Below, in pieces: positions 18,245 to 28,337 of a stretch of DNA of 64,000 nucleotides. Every line of letters starts with the position of its first letter. Position 1 is the stretch's first letter. The notes beneath the pieces are model-generated. The model was not told the DNA's origin, did not search any database, and saw nothing but the letters and a program-made list of their open reading frames with translations. The stretch lies in NCBI GenBank assembly GCA_947486575.1, contig CANKUB010000006.1, forward strand, positions 2,455 through 66,454, written 5' to 3'. Position numbers and translations under genes: made by a program. The DNA comes from Betaproteobacteria bacterium. GTDB lineage: Bacteria > Pseudomonadota > Gammaproteobacteria > Burkholderiales > SG8-41.

Positions 18245-20227
18245 ATGTCGTCCGCCAATTCGTCTGCCATCGAATCCGTACTACACGAAAGCCGCGTATT
18301 CCCCCCGAGCGACGCTTTCGTCAAGCAAGCCAACATTTCCGGCATGGCGGCTTATCGAAAACTTTGCGCCGATGCAGAAAAAGATTTTGAAGGCTTCTGG
18401 GCGAATCTCGCACGCACGGAATTGCTATGGCAAAAGCCATTCACCCAGACACTCGACGAATCCCACGCACCGTTTTATAAATGGTTTCACGATGGCGAAC
18501 TGAATGCATCGTATAACTGTCTGGACCGGCATCTGAAAACGCAGCCGGACAAGGTCGCGATCATTTTCGAGGCGGATGACGGCAAGGTCAGCACCATCAC
18601 CTATCGTGAATTGCACCGTCAAGTCTGCGTGGCGGCGAATGGTTTGAAATCTCGCGGCATTAAACTGGGCGATCGCGTGATTGTGTATATGCCGATGTCG
18701 ATTGAAGCCGTGGTGTGCATGCAGGCTTGCGCGCGCATCGGCGCAATTCACTCAGTGGTATTCGGCGGCTTTTCCGCCAAGAGTTTACAGGAACGCATTA
18801 TCGATGCCGGTGCGGTGGCAGTACTGACGGCTGACGGGCAATTTCGCGGTGGGCGTGAGATTCCGTTAAAGCCTGCGGTGGATGAAGGGATAGCACTCGG
18901 CGGTTGCGAATCCATCCACAGCGTCGTGGTTTACAAGCGCACCGGCACCGCCGTTGCGTGGCATGAAAAGCGCGATGTGTGGCTGCATGATCTGGTGCTA
19001 GGCCAATCGGACGTTTGCGAACCCACCTGGGTGAACGCCGAGCATCCGCTGTTTATTCTGTACACCTCCGGCTCTACCGGCAAACCCAAGGGCATCCAGC
19101 ATTCCACCGGCGGCTATTTGCTGTGGACCATTCTGACAATGAAGTGGACCTTCGACTACAAGCCTGCCGACGTGTTCTGGTGTACGGCGGACGTGGGCTG
19201 GGTTACCGGCCACTCATACGTCTGCTACGGCCCGCTGGCGTGCGGCGCGACGGAAATTATTTTCGAAGGCGTGCCGGTTTACCCCGACGCCGGTCGTTTC
19301 TGGAAAATGATTCAAAATCATAAGGTTACGGTATTCTATACCGCACCGACCGCGATTCGCTCACTGATTAAAGCCGGTGGCGATTTACCGAAGCAATATG
19401 ATCTTGCGAGCCTGCGTATCCTCGGCACCGTGGGCGAGCCGATCAATCCTGAAGCCTGGATCTGGTATCACGAAACCGTTGGCGGCAGCCGCTGCCCGAT
19501 TGTGGACACGTGGTGGCAGACCGAAACCGGTGGTCACATGATCACGCCGCTGCCCGGCGCCACGCCGACCAAACCCGGCTCGGCAACCTTCCCGTTGCCC
19601 GGCGTGATCGCCGATATTGTTGATGAAACGGGCCAATCCGTTGGCAAAGGCAAAGGCGGCATACTGGTGATTAAAAAACCCTGGCCGTCGATGCTGCGCA
19701 CGATCTGGGGCGACCCGGAGCGTTTCAAAAAAACCTATTACCCGGAAGATTTTCAGGGCAAGTATTACCTCGCGGGCGATGGCGCAACCTACGATGACGA
19801 AGGCTACATCCGCATCATGGGGCGCATCGACGATGTGTTGAATGTGTCGGGCCATCGCCTCGGCACGATGGAAATCGAATCCGCACTGGTTGCGAACACA
19901 GCGTTAGTGGCAGAAGCCGCTGTGGTGGGCCGCCCCGATGATTTGACCGGTGAAGCGATATGTGCGTTCGTGGTACTAAAAGGCGCGCGGCCTACCGGCG
20001 ACGAAGCGAAAAAAATCATCAAGATATTGCAGGATTGGGTGGGCAAGGAAATCGGCGCGATTGCCAAGCCGCGCGACATACGCTTCGGCGACAACCTGCC
20101 GAAAACGCGCTCCGGCAAAATCATGCGGCGATTGCTGCGTTCCATCGCAAAAGGGGAAGAGATTACGCAGGATGTTTCCACGCTGGAAAATCCGGCGATA
20201 CTCGATCAGCTTAAACAAACCGTGTGA
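18245..20227 (+). CDS. acs: Acetyl-CoA synthetase (AMP-forming)
   Basis: The 660-aa product has the canonical Acs N-terminus, the AMP-binding motif [11 protein letters not shown], and C-terminal [13 protein letters not shown]. Confidence 0.95.
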   Translation: MSSANSSAIESVLHESRVFPPSDAFVKQANISGMAAYRKLCADAEKDFEGFWANLARTELLWQKPFTQTLDESHAPFYKWFHDGELNASYNCLDRHLKTQPDKVAIIFEADDGKVSTITYRELHRQVCVAANGLKSRGIKLGDRVIVYMPMSIEAVVCMQACARIGAIHSVVFGGFSAKSLQERIIDAGAVAVLTADGQFRGGREIPLKPAVDEGIALGGCESIHSVVVYKRTGTAVAWHEKRDVWLHDLVLGQSDVCEPTWVNAEHPLFILYTSGSTGKPKGIQHSTGGYLLWTILTMKWTFDYKPADVFWCTADVGWVTGHSYVCYGPLACGATEIIFEGVPVYPDAGRFWKMIQNHKVTVFYTAPTAIRSLIKAGGDLPKQYDLASLRILGTVGEPINPEAWIWYHETVGGSRCPIVDTWWQTETGGHMITPLPGATPTKPGSATFPLPGVIADIVDETGQSVGKGKGGILVIKKPWPSMLRTIWGDPERFKKTYYPEDFQGKYYLAGDGATYDDEGYIRIMGRIDDVLNVSGHRLGTMEIESALVANTALVAEAAVVGRPDDLTGEAICAFVVLKGARPTGDEAKKIIKILQDWVGKEIGAIAKPRDIRFGDNLPKTRSGKIMRRLLRSIAKGEEITQDVSTLENPAILDQLKQTV

Positions 20228-20442
20228 ACGCCAGTCACATGAACCAGCCCAGCGAAAAAGGTCAACGCCTCGCGGCACTTTTCCTGCTGGGCGCGTTGCT
20301 ATTTAACTTTCCACTCTTGCAATTGTTTGCACGCGACGGCACGGTGCTGGGCGTGCCGCTACTCTACTGCTATGTATTTTGCGCCTGGGCTGCACTGATC
20401 GGGTTGATGGCGTGGGTAGTTGAGCATCGCAGCCGCGACTAG
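20224..20442 (+). CDS. Small two-TM membrane protein, translationally coupled to acs and preceding the SLC5-domain kinase
   Basis: The GTG at 20224 overlaps the acs TGA as GTGA; an alternative ATG lies at 20239. Two hydrophobic spans are visible: [20 protein letters not shown] and [21 protein letters not shown]. Confidence 0.6.
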   Translation: MNASHMNQPSEKGQRLAALFLLGALLFNFPLLQLFARDGTVLGVPLLYCYVFCAWAALIGLMAWVVEHRSRD

Positions 20443-20451
20443 GGAATCACC

Positions 20452-23187
20452 ATGCTAACCGGCGGCATCATCGTCGTCGCCTCGTTCGCCTACGTGGCGC
20501 TGCTGTTCGCCATCGCGGCGTACGGCGACAAGCGCGCGGACGCGGGCCGCAGCCTGATTGCCAACCCGTACATCTATGCGCTTTCTCTGGCCGTGTACTG
20601 CACGTCATGGACGTTTTACGGCAGCGTAGGGCGCGCCGCCACCGGAGGTATCGGCTTTCTGGCGATCTACATCGGCCCCACATTGATGGCCGCACTGTGG
20701 TGGTTTGTGCTGATGAAAATGATCCGCGTCAGCAAGGCCAATCGCATCACATCGATTGCCGATTTTGTCGCGTCGCGCTATGGCAAGAGCCAGTTGCTGG
20801 GCGGGCTGGTGACCATCATTGCAGTGGTGGGCATCATTCCCTACATCGCGTTGCAACTGAAAGCCATATCAACCAGCTTTTCCATCATCCTGCATTACCC
20901 CGGCGTTGCCATGCCGGAAAAAACCGGCGCGCAATTATTTGTGGGCGACAACACGTTTTATATCGCGATGATGCTGGCCGCGTTCACCATTCTGTTTGGC
21001 ACGCGCTATCTCGACGCTACGGAGCGTCACGAGGGCCTGGTTGCGGCGATTGCCTTTGAATCCGTAGTGAAGTTAGTCGCGTTCATCGCGGTGGGCGTGT
21101 TCGTGACCTACAGCATGTATGACGGATTCGCAGATATTTTCCAGCGCGCCAGTGCGAATCCGCAATTGAAGTTGCTGATGACGCTCGGTGGCGATTTTGG
21201 CAGCTATACCTCGTGGGCATCACTCACGATGCTGTCGATGTTCGCCATTCTATTTCTGCCACGCCAGTTTCAGGTGGCGGTAGTTGAGAATGTTGATGAG
21301 CGACATTTGAATAAAGCCATCTGGTTGTTCCCGCTGTATTTGCTGGCGATCAATATTTTTGTGCTGCCGATTGCACTCGGCGGCTTGATGCACTTTCCAA
21401 TGGGCGGCGTCGATGCCGATACCTTTGTGCTGACTTTGCCCATTTCACAGCAGCAGGCGTGGATCGCCATGCTGGCATTCGTAGGCGGCTTATCTGCCGC
21501 CACCGGCATGGTCATCGTTGAAACCATCGCGCTGTCCACGATGGTGTGTAACGATCTTGTGATGCCCTTGCTGCTGCGCACGCCAGGCCTGCGATTGGCA
21601 GAGCGGCATGATTTATCGCGCTTGCTGCTGGGCATACGGCGCGGTGCGATTGTGGGCATATTGACCCTCGGCTACGTTTATTTCTTTCTGGCAGGTGAGG
21701 CGTATGCCCTTGTTTCCATTGGATTAATTTCATTCTCTGCGGTAGCGCAATTTGCCCCTGTGATTATCGGCGGGCTGTTCTGGAAAGGCGGCACACGGCT
21801 GGGCGCGATCAGTGGATTGGGCGCGGGCTTTTGCGTGTGGCTGTATACCTTGCTGCTGCCGTCATTTGCAAAATCCGGCTGGATGCCCGTGATGTTTTTG
21901 TCGCAAGGCGCCTGGGGCATCGATCTGCTGAAGCCGCAGCAACTGTTCGGGCTGCAAGGGCTGGATGAAATTTCACACTGTCTGTTCTGGAGCATGCTGG
22001 TCAACATTGGCCTCTACATCACGATCTCGCTGCTACGCCGCCCGGATGCGGCCGAGCACACGCAAGCCACTTTGTTTGTCGACGCGACCGCACCGGCGCG
22101 AGTGAGTGGCTCGCGCTTCTGGCGCGGCACTGCGTCGCTGGATAGTCTGCTGGCATTGCTGGGCCGTTTTTTAGGGCCGGAGCGCGCACGCGAAGCCTTC
22201 ATCACCTACGCCCGAAGGCGCGGTGCGGAGACACTGGCCGCGCTGCCGCCCGACGCCGACACGGTGCATCACGCCGAATCGCTGCTCTCCGGCGCCATCG
22301 GCAGCGCCAGCGCACGTGTGATGATTGCCTCGGTGGTTGAGGAGGAACCGCTCGGCATCGGCGAAGTCATGCACATCATTGACGAAGCCTCGCAAGTGCT
22401 GGCGCACAGCCGCCAGCTTGAACGTCAATCGCGCGAACTCGAAGCCGCCACCAATGAGCTGCGCAGCGCCAATCTGCGGCTGACCGAACTCGATCAACTG
22501 AAAGACGATTTTATTTCCACGGTCACGCACGAGCTGCGCACACCGTTGACCTCGATACGCGCGTTCTCCGAAATCCTGCGTGACAACCCGGCGCTGGATT
22601 TGCCGCAACGTGAAAATTTTCTCGGCATCATCATTCGTGAATCGGAGCGGCTTACACGTCTGATCAATCAGGTGCTTGATCTTGCCAAACTCGAATCCGG
22701 CGGTGGTGAATGGCAAACCATCCCGTTTGATTTACGCGATGTCATTGATGAATCGCTGCATGCCACCAGCCAATTGTTCAAGGACAATGGGGTTAGCGTG
22801 GAAACCACTTTGCCCCCAACCGCACCAGAATTGCTAGCCGACCGTGATCGCGTGATGCAAGTCATGCTCAATCTCTTGTCGAATGCCGCAAAATTCTGTA
22901 CGCCGCAGCAAGGCCGCGTACACGTAACCCTGCACCAAGAAGTAACTGCATTGCGTGTTGATGTCGCCGACAACGGCATCGGCATCCACATTGAAGATCA
23001 AGCCGTCATCTTCGACAAATTCCGTCAGGCCGGCGACACGCTCACTGAAAAACCCAAAGGCAGCGGATTGGGTTTAGCCATCTCGCGACAGATCGTTGAA
23101 CACCTCGGCGGCAAACTATGGGTCACCAGCGTAGCGGGTGCAGGCGCTACTTTTTCGTTCACCTTACCCTTGCCGCAGCAGCGATGA
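20452..23187 (+). CDS. Sensor histidine kinase with an N-terminal sodium:solute-symporter (SLC5/SSF) domain (CbrA/CrbS-like architecture, no receiver domain)
   Basis: The 911-aa product has about 540 aa of multi-TM SSF-like sequence. This is followed by a STAC-like linker (SLDSLLALLGRFLGPERAREAF...AESLLSGAIGSASARVMIA), the H-box FISTVTHELRTPLTSI, N-box LLSNAAKF, G1 DNGIGI and G2 GSGLGL. Confidence 0.9.
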   Translation: MLTGGIIVVASFAYVALLFAIAAYGDKRADAGRSLIANPYIYALSLAVYCTSWTFYGSVGRAATGGIGFLAIYIGPTLMAALWWFVLMKMIRVSKANRITSIADFVASRYGKSQLLGGLVTIIAVVGIIPYIALQLKAISTSFSIILHYPGVAMPEKTGAQLFVGDNTFYIAMMLAAFTILFGTRYLDATERHEGLVAAIAFESVVKLVAFIAVGVFVTYSMYDGFADIFQRASANPQLKLLMTLGGDFGSYTSWASLTMLSMFAILFLPRQFQVAVVENVDERHLNKAIWLFPLYLLAINIFVLPIALGGLMHFPMGGVDADTFVLTLPISQQQAWIAMLAFVGGLSAATGMVIVETIALSTMVCNDLVMPLLLRTPGLRLAERHDLSRLLLGIRRGAIVGILTLGYVYFFLAGEAYALVSIGLISFSAVAQFAPVIIGGLFWKGGTRLGAISGLGAGFCVWLYTLLLPSFAKSGWMPVMFLSQGAWGIDLLKPQQLFGLQGLDEISHCLFWSMLVNIGLYITISLLRRPDAAEHTQATLFVDATAPARVSGSRFWRGTASLDSLLALLGRFLGPERAREAFITYARRRGAETLAALPPDADTVHHAESLLSGAIGSASARVMIASVVEEEPLGIGEVMHIIDEASQVLAHSRQLERQSRELEAATNELRSANLRLTELDQLKDDFISTVTHELRTPLTSIRAFSEILRDNPALDLPQRENFLGIIIRESERLTRLINQVLDLAKLESGGGEWQTIPFDLRDVIDESLHATSQLFKDNGVSVETTLPPTAPELLADRDRVMQVMLNLLSNAAKFCTPQQGRVHVTLHQEVTALRVDVADNGIGIHIEDQAVIFDKFRQAGDTLTEKPKGSGLGLAISRQIVEHLGGKLWVTSVAGAGATFSFTLPLPQQR

Positions 23188-23555
23188 GCCAACGCATACT
23201 GATCGCCGAAGACGATCATAATATATTGATTTCAATAGACTTTTTATTAAAGGCCGCGGGCTATACCGTATTGACCGCCAGCGACGGCGTGAGCGCTTGG
23301 GCAGCACTCGAAGATCAACGTCCGGATTTAGTCGTGCTCGACATTATGCTGCCCGCGCTGGATGGCTACGAATTGTGCAAACGCGTGCGCGCCACACCTG
23401 CGCTGCAAGCGATAAAAGTGGTGATGTTAAGCGCGCGCGGGCGCGAAGCCGAAATTGAAAAGGGTTTGCAATTGGGCGCTGACGCCTACCTGCGAAAACC
23501 GTTTGGCACGCGCGAATTGCTGGATACCATTGCGCGCTTGCTGGCAGCAGCTTGA
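23184..23555 (+). CDS. Single-domain (REC-only, CheY-like) response regulator
   Basis: Its ATG overlaps the kinase stop as ATGA. The 123-aa product contains IAEDD, DLVVLDIMLP (phospho-acceptor Asp) and YLRKPF, with no output domain. Confidence 0.9.
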   Translation: MSQRILIAEDDHNILISIDFLLKAAGYTVLTASDGVSAWAALEDQRPDLVVLDIMLPALDGYELCKRVRATPALQAIKVVMLSARGREAEIEKGLQLGADAYLRKPFGTRELLDTIARLLAAA

Positions 23556-23607
23556 TACTGTTACCGCGCCGGATTCCCATGCAGTCAATTCAGTTTTTAC
23601 AGCAGCC

Positions 23608-24597
23608 ATGAAACCCATGATAGTCGCGTTACTGTTGGCCGTATTTTCGGCAGCCGCCACGCCCGCGCTGTCCGCGCAGCCTGTGAACGATACGGCTGTC
23701 AGCTATCCCTCAAAACCAGTACGCTGGGTCGTGGGTTTTGCGCCCGGCGCCTCCAACGATATTGTCGCCCGCACCATCAGCGCGCGCCTCGGCGAAGCTT
23801 GGGGCCAGCAGTTCATCATTGACAACCGCACCGGCGCAGCAGGCATGATCGGTGGCGAGATCGTCGCGCGCTCCGTGCCGGACGGCTACACGCTGCTGCT
23901 CGCAACCGGCGGGCCGAACACCATTGCCCCGCTGCTCACGCGCAAGCCCGTGTATCGCGTGGAGGATTTCGACTACGTGTCGGTGATGGCCTATACGCCG
24001 CTCATCATCGCGGTGACACCGTCGTTTGCACCGAAAACACCGCGCGACCTGGTAGAACATCTGAAGGCAAATCCCGGCAAAACAAACTGGGGCTCGGCGG
24101 GCGTCAACAGCAGCCCGCACGTGGGGTTTGCAAGCTTTACGCACGCCACTGGAACGCGCGCGACGCATGTGCCATATAAGGGCGCAGCGGTGGCACTCAT
24201 TGATGTGGCCAGCGGACAGATCGACGCGATACACACCACCGCAGCATCCGCCGAAGCGGCAGTTCGCAGCAATCGCGTGCGCGTGATCGCGGTGGCGGGG
24301 CCAAAGCGCGTGCCGGTAATTCCAGATGTGCCGACGCTCGTCGAATCCGGCATAAAAGGCGGCGACTCGCTGGTGTGGTTTGGCATGGCCGTGCCGCTGA
24401 AGACACCGCCAGTCATCGTGCGCAAGCTCAACGCGGGCGTCACCAATGCCCTCGCCATTCCGGAAGTTCAGCGTCGCCTGACCGATCTGGGCATGGAGAT
24501 CGTCGGTGGCTCACCCGAAGCAGCGGCAAAATTCGTGCGCGACGAAGCTGGACGGATACGTAGCCTGATCAAGGCCGGGGTGCTGAAGCAGGAGTAG
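23608..24597 (+). CDS. Bug/TctC-family periplasmic solute-binding protein
   Basis: The track ORF is trimmed to ATG 23608 (MKPMIVALLLAVFSAAATPALSA). Motifs YPSKPVRWVVGFAPGASND, IIDNRTGAAG and PDGYT are present. Confidence 0.9.
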   Translation: MKPMIVALLLAVFSAAATPALSAQPVNDTAVSYPSKPVRWVVGFAPGASNDIVARTISARLGEAWGQQFIIDNRTGAAGMIGGEIVARSVPDGYTLLLATGGPNTIAPLLTRKPVYRVEDFDYVSVMAYTPLIIAVTPSFAPKTPRDLVEHLKANPGKTNWGSAGVNSSPHVGFASFTHATGTRATHVPYKGAAVALIDVASGQIDAIHTTAASAEAAVRSNRVRVIAVAGPKRVPVIPDVPTLVESGIKGGDSLVWFGMAVPLKTPPVIVRKLNAGVTNALAIPEVQRRLTDLGMEIVGGSPEAAAKFVRDEAGRIRSLIKAGVLKQE

Positions 24598-24795
24598 CGA
24601 CGATCAGGTATAAGCATGCAATGCGTTTTATCAGGTTTCGCGTTCCGCCATTCATGGACGATCAAAATGATGAAAACCATAGTATCTAAAAACCGGGTGA
24701 CACTGGACTTTTTGCGGCGCCACTAGCGGTGCAAATCAGGGTTTTTGCGCTGCCGTAACGAACAGCGAATAACGAAATTAGCTGAAAGGGCGAAC

Positions 24796-26190
24796 ATGAA
24801 TAAAGTCGTAACCTCGGCCGAGCAGTCCATCGCGGACATGCCTGACGGCGCTACCGTTGCGTTGTCGGGCTTTGGTCTTGGTCACCGGTTTCCCAACACG
24901 CTGTTGCAGGCGCTGCGCCACCAAGGCACAAGGCAACTCACGCTGGTGTGCAATTCCCTGGGCAACGCGGGCGAGAAAGGCCAGTTGCTGGTGGAAAACA
25001 AGCAGGTCAAAAAGATCCTCGCGTCGTTCTCCGTGCGCCCCGGCACGCGCACACCTGCGGAAACGCAGATCATCGCGGGCGAGTTGGAGGTGGAGCTGAT
25101 TCCGCAGGGCATTCTGGTCGAACGCTGCCGCGCGGGCGGCGCGGGAATTCCGGCCTTCTATTCGCCGACCGCTGCCGACACCGAGCTGGCTATAGGCAAG
25201 GATATGCGCTACTTCAACGGCAAGGCGCATGTGCTGGAACACGCCATACACCTGGATTACGCACTGCTGAGCGGCTATCGCGCCGACCGCGCGGGCAATG
25301 TGCAATTTCGCGGCGGCGCGCGCAATTTCAATCCGTCGTTCGCCAAGGCCGCGCGCGTGGCAATTATCGAAGTGGATGAAATCGTCGAGACTGGCGAGAT
25401 ACCGTCTGAGTTGATCGATCTGCCCGGCATCTTCATCGACCGCGTGGTGCAGAACACGCATTTCATCGACGCGCGCAAACTGTCGCGCAGCGGCAAGCGT
25501 GCGGCGGATACCGCGCGCAGTTATCTCGGCAAGCCGGGCCTGACCCGTGCCGCCATCTCCCGCAACGCCGCGAAAATCGTGCGCAACGACAGTTACGTCA
25601 ATCTCGGCACCGGCATTCCCACCGAGGTTTCCAATTACCTTGAGGGCCGCGGCGTGTGGCTGCACGCGGAGAACGGCGTGCTCGGTTACGGCGGCACTGT
25701 CACCGGCGACGCCATCGACCCCGACGTGTTCAACGCTGGCGGCCAGTTTGTGCAACCCATCGCGGGCACGTCCTACTTCGACAGCGTTACCTCCTTCGAG
25801 ATGGCGCGCGGCGGCCATATCGACACCGTTATCCTTGGCGCTTATGAAGTCGATCAGGATGGCAACGTCGCCAACTGGAGTCTCGCTGACGCCAAACGCG
25901 GCGGCATCGGCGGCGCGATGGATTTGGTGGCAGGCGATGCCGAATTGATTATCGTGCTGGAGCACCGCGACAGCAAAGATCGACCCAAGCTGCGCAAGCA
26001 TTGCACTTTTCCGCTGACGGCACGTCGGCGCGTCAACTGGGTGGTCACTGATCTCGCCGTGCTGCACTGGGTGGACGGGCGTTTTGTGCTGGAGGCCGTG
26101 GCGCCCGGATTCACTTCCGAAGACATTGTTGCGCTGACGGAAATGGAATTTGCCGTAGCGCCCACACTGGCGATCATGGAAACAGCCTGA
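24796..26190 (+). CDS. 3-oxoacid CoA-transferase family protein with fused A and B subunits
   Basis: It starts MNKVVTSAEQSIADMPDGATVALSGFG (subunit A). The second half carries the subunit-B catalytic motif HAENGVLGYG (E-N-G). Confidence 0.85.
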   Translation: MNKVVTSAEQSIADMPDGATVALSGFGLGHRFPNTLLQALRHQGTRQLTLVCNSLGNAGEKGQLLVENKQVKKILASFSVRPGTRTPAETQIIAGELEVELIPQGILVERCRAGGAGIPAFYSPTAADTELAIGKDMRYFNGKAHVLEHAIHLDYALLSGYRADRAGNVQFRGGARNFNPSFAKAARVAIIEVDEIVETGEIPSELIDLPGIFIDRVVQNTHFIDARKLSRSGKRAADTARSYLGKPGLTRAAISRNAAKIVRNDSYVNLGTGIPTEVSNYLEGRGVWLHAENGVLGYGGTVTGDAIDPDVFNAGGQFVQPIAGTSYFDSVTSFEMARGGHIDTVILGAYEVDQDGNVANWSLADAKRGGIGGAMDLVAGDAELIIVLEHRDSKDRPKLRKHCTFPLTARRRVNWVVTDLAVLHWVDGRFVLEAVAPGFTSEDIVALTEMEFAVAPTLAIMETA

Positions 26191-26299
26191 TCTCACTGTG
26201 GGAATAATGCAGTTAAATCACCAGGAGCAGTCGATGAAACGATCACCTTTGATTCTGAGCGTGCCGATGCTGTGCGCCCGTCTGTCGCTGCATGCACTG

Positions 26300-26652
26300 G
26301 CCGTGATCGGGCTGCTGCCATCCGGCAGGGTGCGCCCGCTTGCGGTGACCAGCGCGCAGCGCGTGCCTCAACTGCCCACAGTGCCCACGACAAGCGAAGC
26401 GGGATTTCCCGCCGTGCGCTCGGAGGGCTGGTACGCGTTTGTGGCGCCGGTAGCAACACCGACGGAAACGCTAAGCCGGGCGCGCCAGTTGATCACGGCG
26501 GCGCTGCGTGCGCCGGATACGCGCGAACGCCTCAATAGCATCGCCGCGATGCCCGTCGGCAACACGCCCGATGAACTGCGTGTCTTTTGGCGCGCTGAGA
26601 GCCTTTTAAGTGGGGCGAGTTAATCAAGGCGATTGGCCTCAAGCCTGAATAG
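26300..26652 (+). pseudogene. Bug/TctC-family gene remnant (C-terminal third only, frameshifted)
   Basis: The ORF 26198..26623 encodes only LPSGRVRPLAVTSAQRVPQLPTVPTTSEAGFP...WYAFVAPVATP...PDELRVF, which is the Bug C-terminal lobe. The usual ending KWGELIKAIGLKPE-stop is in a different frame at 26608-26652. No signal peptide or N-lobe is present. Confidence 0.75.
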
Positions 26653-26761
26653 GCACAGCCGCAGGGTCAATAGGCATTCCAATCTGTAACTTATTGATTT
26701 TATTGAAATTATTTTGATCAAATCATGAGCGCATACAATACAAGTCAGGAGGCATCGCACG

Positions 26762-27910
26762 ATGAGTATCAAAGGCAAAGCCTATATCGGGGGAATTTAC
26801 GAACACCCCTCGCGCAAGATCGACAACAAGTCGATTGCAGAGCTTCACACGGAATGTGCCAAGGGTGCGCTGGACGACGCGGGTCTGACGTTCAAGGATG
26901 TTGACGCCTATTTCTGTTCCGGCGATGTGCCCGGCTTGGGCGCACTCAGCATGCCCGACTACATGGGGCTGACCGTCAAGCGACAGGACTCCACCAATAC
27001 CGGCGGTTCCTCTTACCTGTTTCACGTCGGCCATGCCGCCGAGGCGATTGCCGCCGGTAAATGCAAAGTGGTTCTCATCACTTGCGCGGGCTTCGGTCGC
27101 CGTGGCACAGCGGTGCGTGAACGCGGCGGACCCGATGCGCCGTTTGAATATCCCTATGGCCCGGTGACGGTGAATCTGTATGCCATGGCGGCGCGGCGCC
27201 ACATGCACGAGTACGGCACCACCAGCGAGCAACTGGCGTGGGTCAAGGTTTCGGCCTCGCACCACGCCCAGCACAATCCCCATGCCTTTCTGAAAAAGGT
27301 TGTGACGGTTGAAGACGTGCTCAACTCGCCGATGATTGCCGATCCACTGCACCGCATGGATTGCTGTGTGGTAACCGACAGCGGCGGCGCGGTGCTGGTG
27401 GTGGCGCCGGAAATCGCGCGACAACTGAAAACACCCAGGGTCAAACTGATCGGTCAGGGCGAATCGTCCAAAGGCCAGATGGGTGGCCATGTCGATCTGA
27501 CGTACACCGGCGCGGTGCGCTCCGGCCCCGTCGCTTTCGCCGAAGCGGGCGTCACACCCGCCGACATCAAATATGCCTCCATCTACGACAGCTTTACCAT
27601 CACCGTGGTGGAAACTATCGAAGACCTTGGGTTCTGCAAAAAGGGCGAAGGCGGCAAGTTTGTGTCCGATGGCAACCTGATTTCCGGTGTGGGCAAGCTG
27701 CCCTTCAATACCGACGGCGGCGGCATGTGCAACAACCATCCGGTCAATCGCGGCGGCATTACCAAAATTATCGAGGCAGTGCGGCAACTGCGCGGTGAGG
27801 CTCACCCGAAAGTACAAGTTAAAAATTGCGATATCGCGCTTGCTCACGGCACCGGCGGTTCACTCGGCACGCGGCACAGCAGCGCAACCATGATCATGGA
27901 AAGGGAGTAA
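26762..27910 (+). CDS. Thiolase-like (SCP-x/Ltp-type) protein lacking the nucleophilic Cys
   Basis: The 382-aa product has the family motifs PLHRMDCCVVTDSGGA, YDSFT, NTDGGGM and AHGTGGS. The segment aligning with the thiolase C-x-S-G nucleophile loop reads TNTGGSSYL. Confidence 0.8.
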   Translation: MSIKGKAYIGGIYEHPSRKIDNKSIAELHTECAKGALDDAGLTFKDVDAYFCSGDVPGLGALSMPDYMGLTVKRQDSTNTGGSSYLFHVGHAAEAIAAGKCKVVLITCAGFGRRGTAVRERGGPDAPFEYPYGPVTVNLYAMAARRHMHEYGTTSEQLAWVKVSASHHAQHNPHAFLKKVVTVEDVLNSPMIADPLHRMDCCVVTDSGGAVLVVAPEIARQLKTPRVKLIGQGESSKGQMGGHVDLTYTGAVRSGPVAFAEAGVTPADIKYASIYDSFTITVVETIEDLGFCKKGEGGKFVSDGNLISGVGKLPFNTDGGGMCNNHPVNRGGITKIIEAVRQLRGEAHPKVQVKNCDIALAHGTGGSLGTRHSSATMIMERE

Positions 27911-27915
27911 TACGA

Positions 27916-28320
27916 ATGGCTACTGCATATCAGGACAGAAAAATCCCGGTCGCGCCGCTCAACGCGGGAGATGCGCCGTTTTTTGAAGGTGCTGCAGCGG
28001 GCAAGCTGATGGTGAAGTACTGCAACGACTGCAAGCAATACCACCACTATCCACGGCCGATGTGCCCGTTCTGCTACTCGACCCACACCGAGTGGCGGCA
28101 GGCCAGGGGCACGGGCGTGGTCTACAGTTTCAGCATTTCGCGCGCAACAGGGCCGATTCCCTACGCGATAGCGTACGTGACGCTGGACGAAGGCCCGACC
28201 ATCATGACCAACATCGTTGAGACTGATCTCGACACCATCCAGTGCGGACAAAAGGTGACGGTGGTGTTCAAGCCCACCGAAGATCCCAAACTTGCGGTAC
28301 CCATGTTCAAGCCCGCCTAG
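27916..28320 (+). CDS. DUF35-type Zn-ribbon/OB-fold protein
   Basis: The 134-aa product starts at ATG 27916. It has the four-Cys ribbon CNDCKQYHHYPRPMCPFC followed by an OB-like region (GVVYSFSI...YVTLDEGPTIMTNI). It sits between two thiolase-like genes. Confidence 0.8.
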   Translation: MATAYQDRKIPVAPLNAGDAPFFEGAAAGKLMVKYCNDCKQYHHYPRPMCPFCYSTHTEWRQARGTGVVYSFSISRATGPIPYAIAYVTLDEGPTIMTNIVETDLDTIQCGQKVTVVFKPTEDPKLAVPMFKPA

Positions 28321-28337
28321 ATCAAGAGGATTTCACG

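Noticed and set aside
24778-26196. A 472-aa ORF antisense to the CoA-transferase gene. Similar long antisense ORFs occur at 26723..27847, 58682..59887, 32233..33375, 12724..13650 and 49194..49955.
   Set aside because: These are typical GC-rich shadow ORFs. Their translations are Arg/Ala/His-rich with no recognisable motifs, while the opposite strand carries clear family signatures (E-N-G CoA-transferase motif, thiolase-like, PrpD and SSF motifs).
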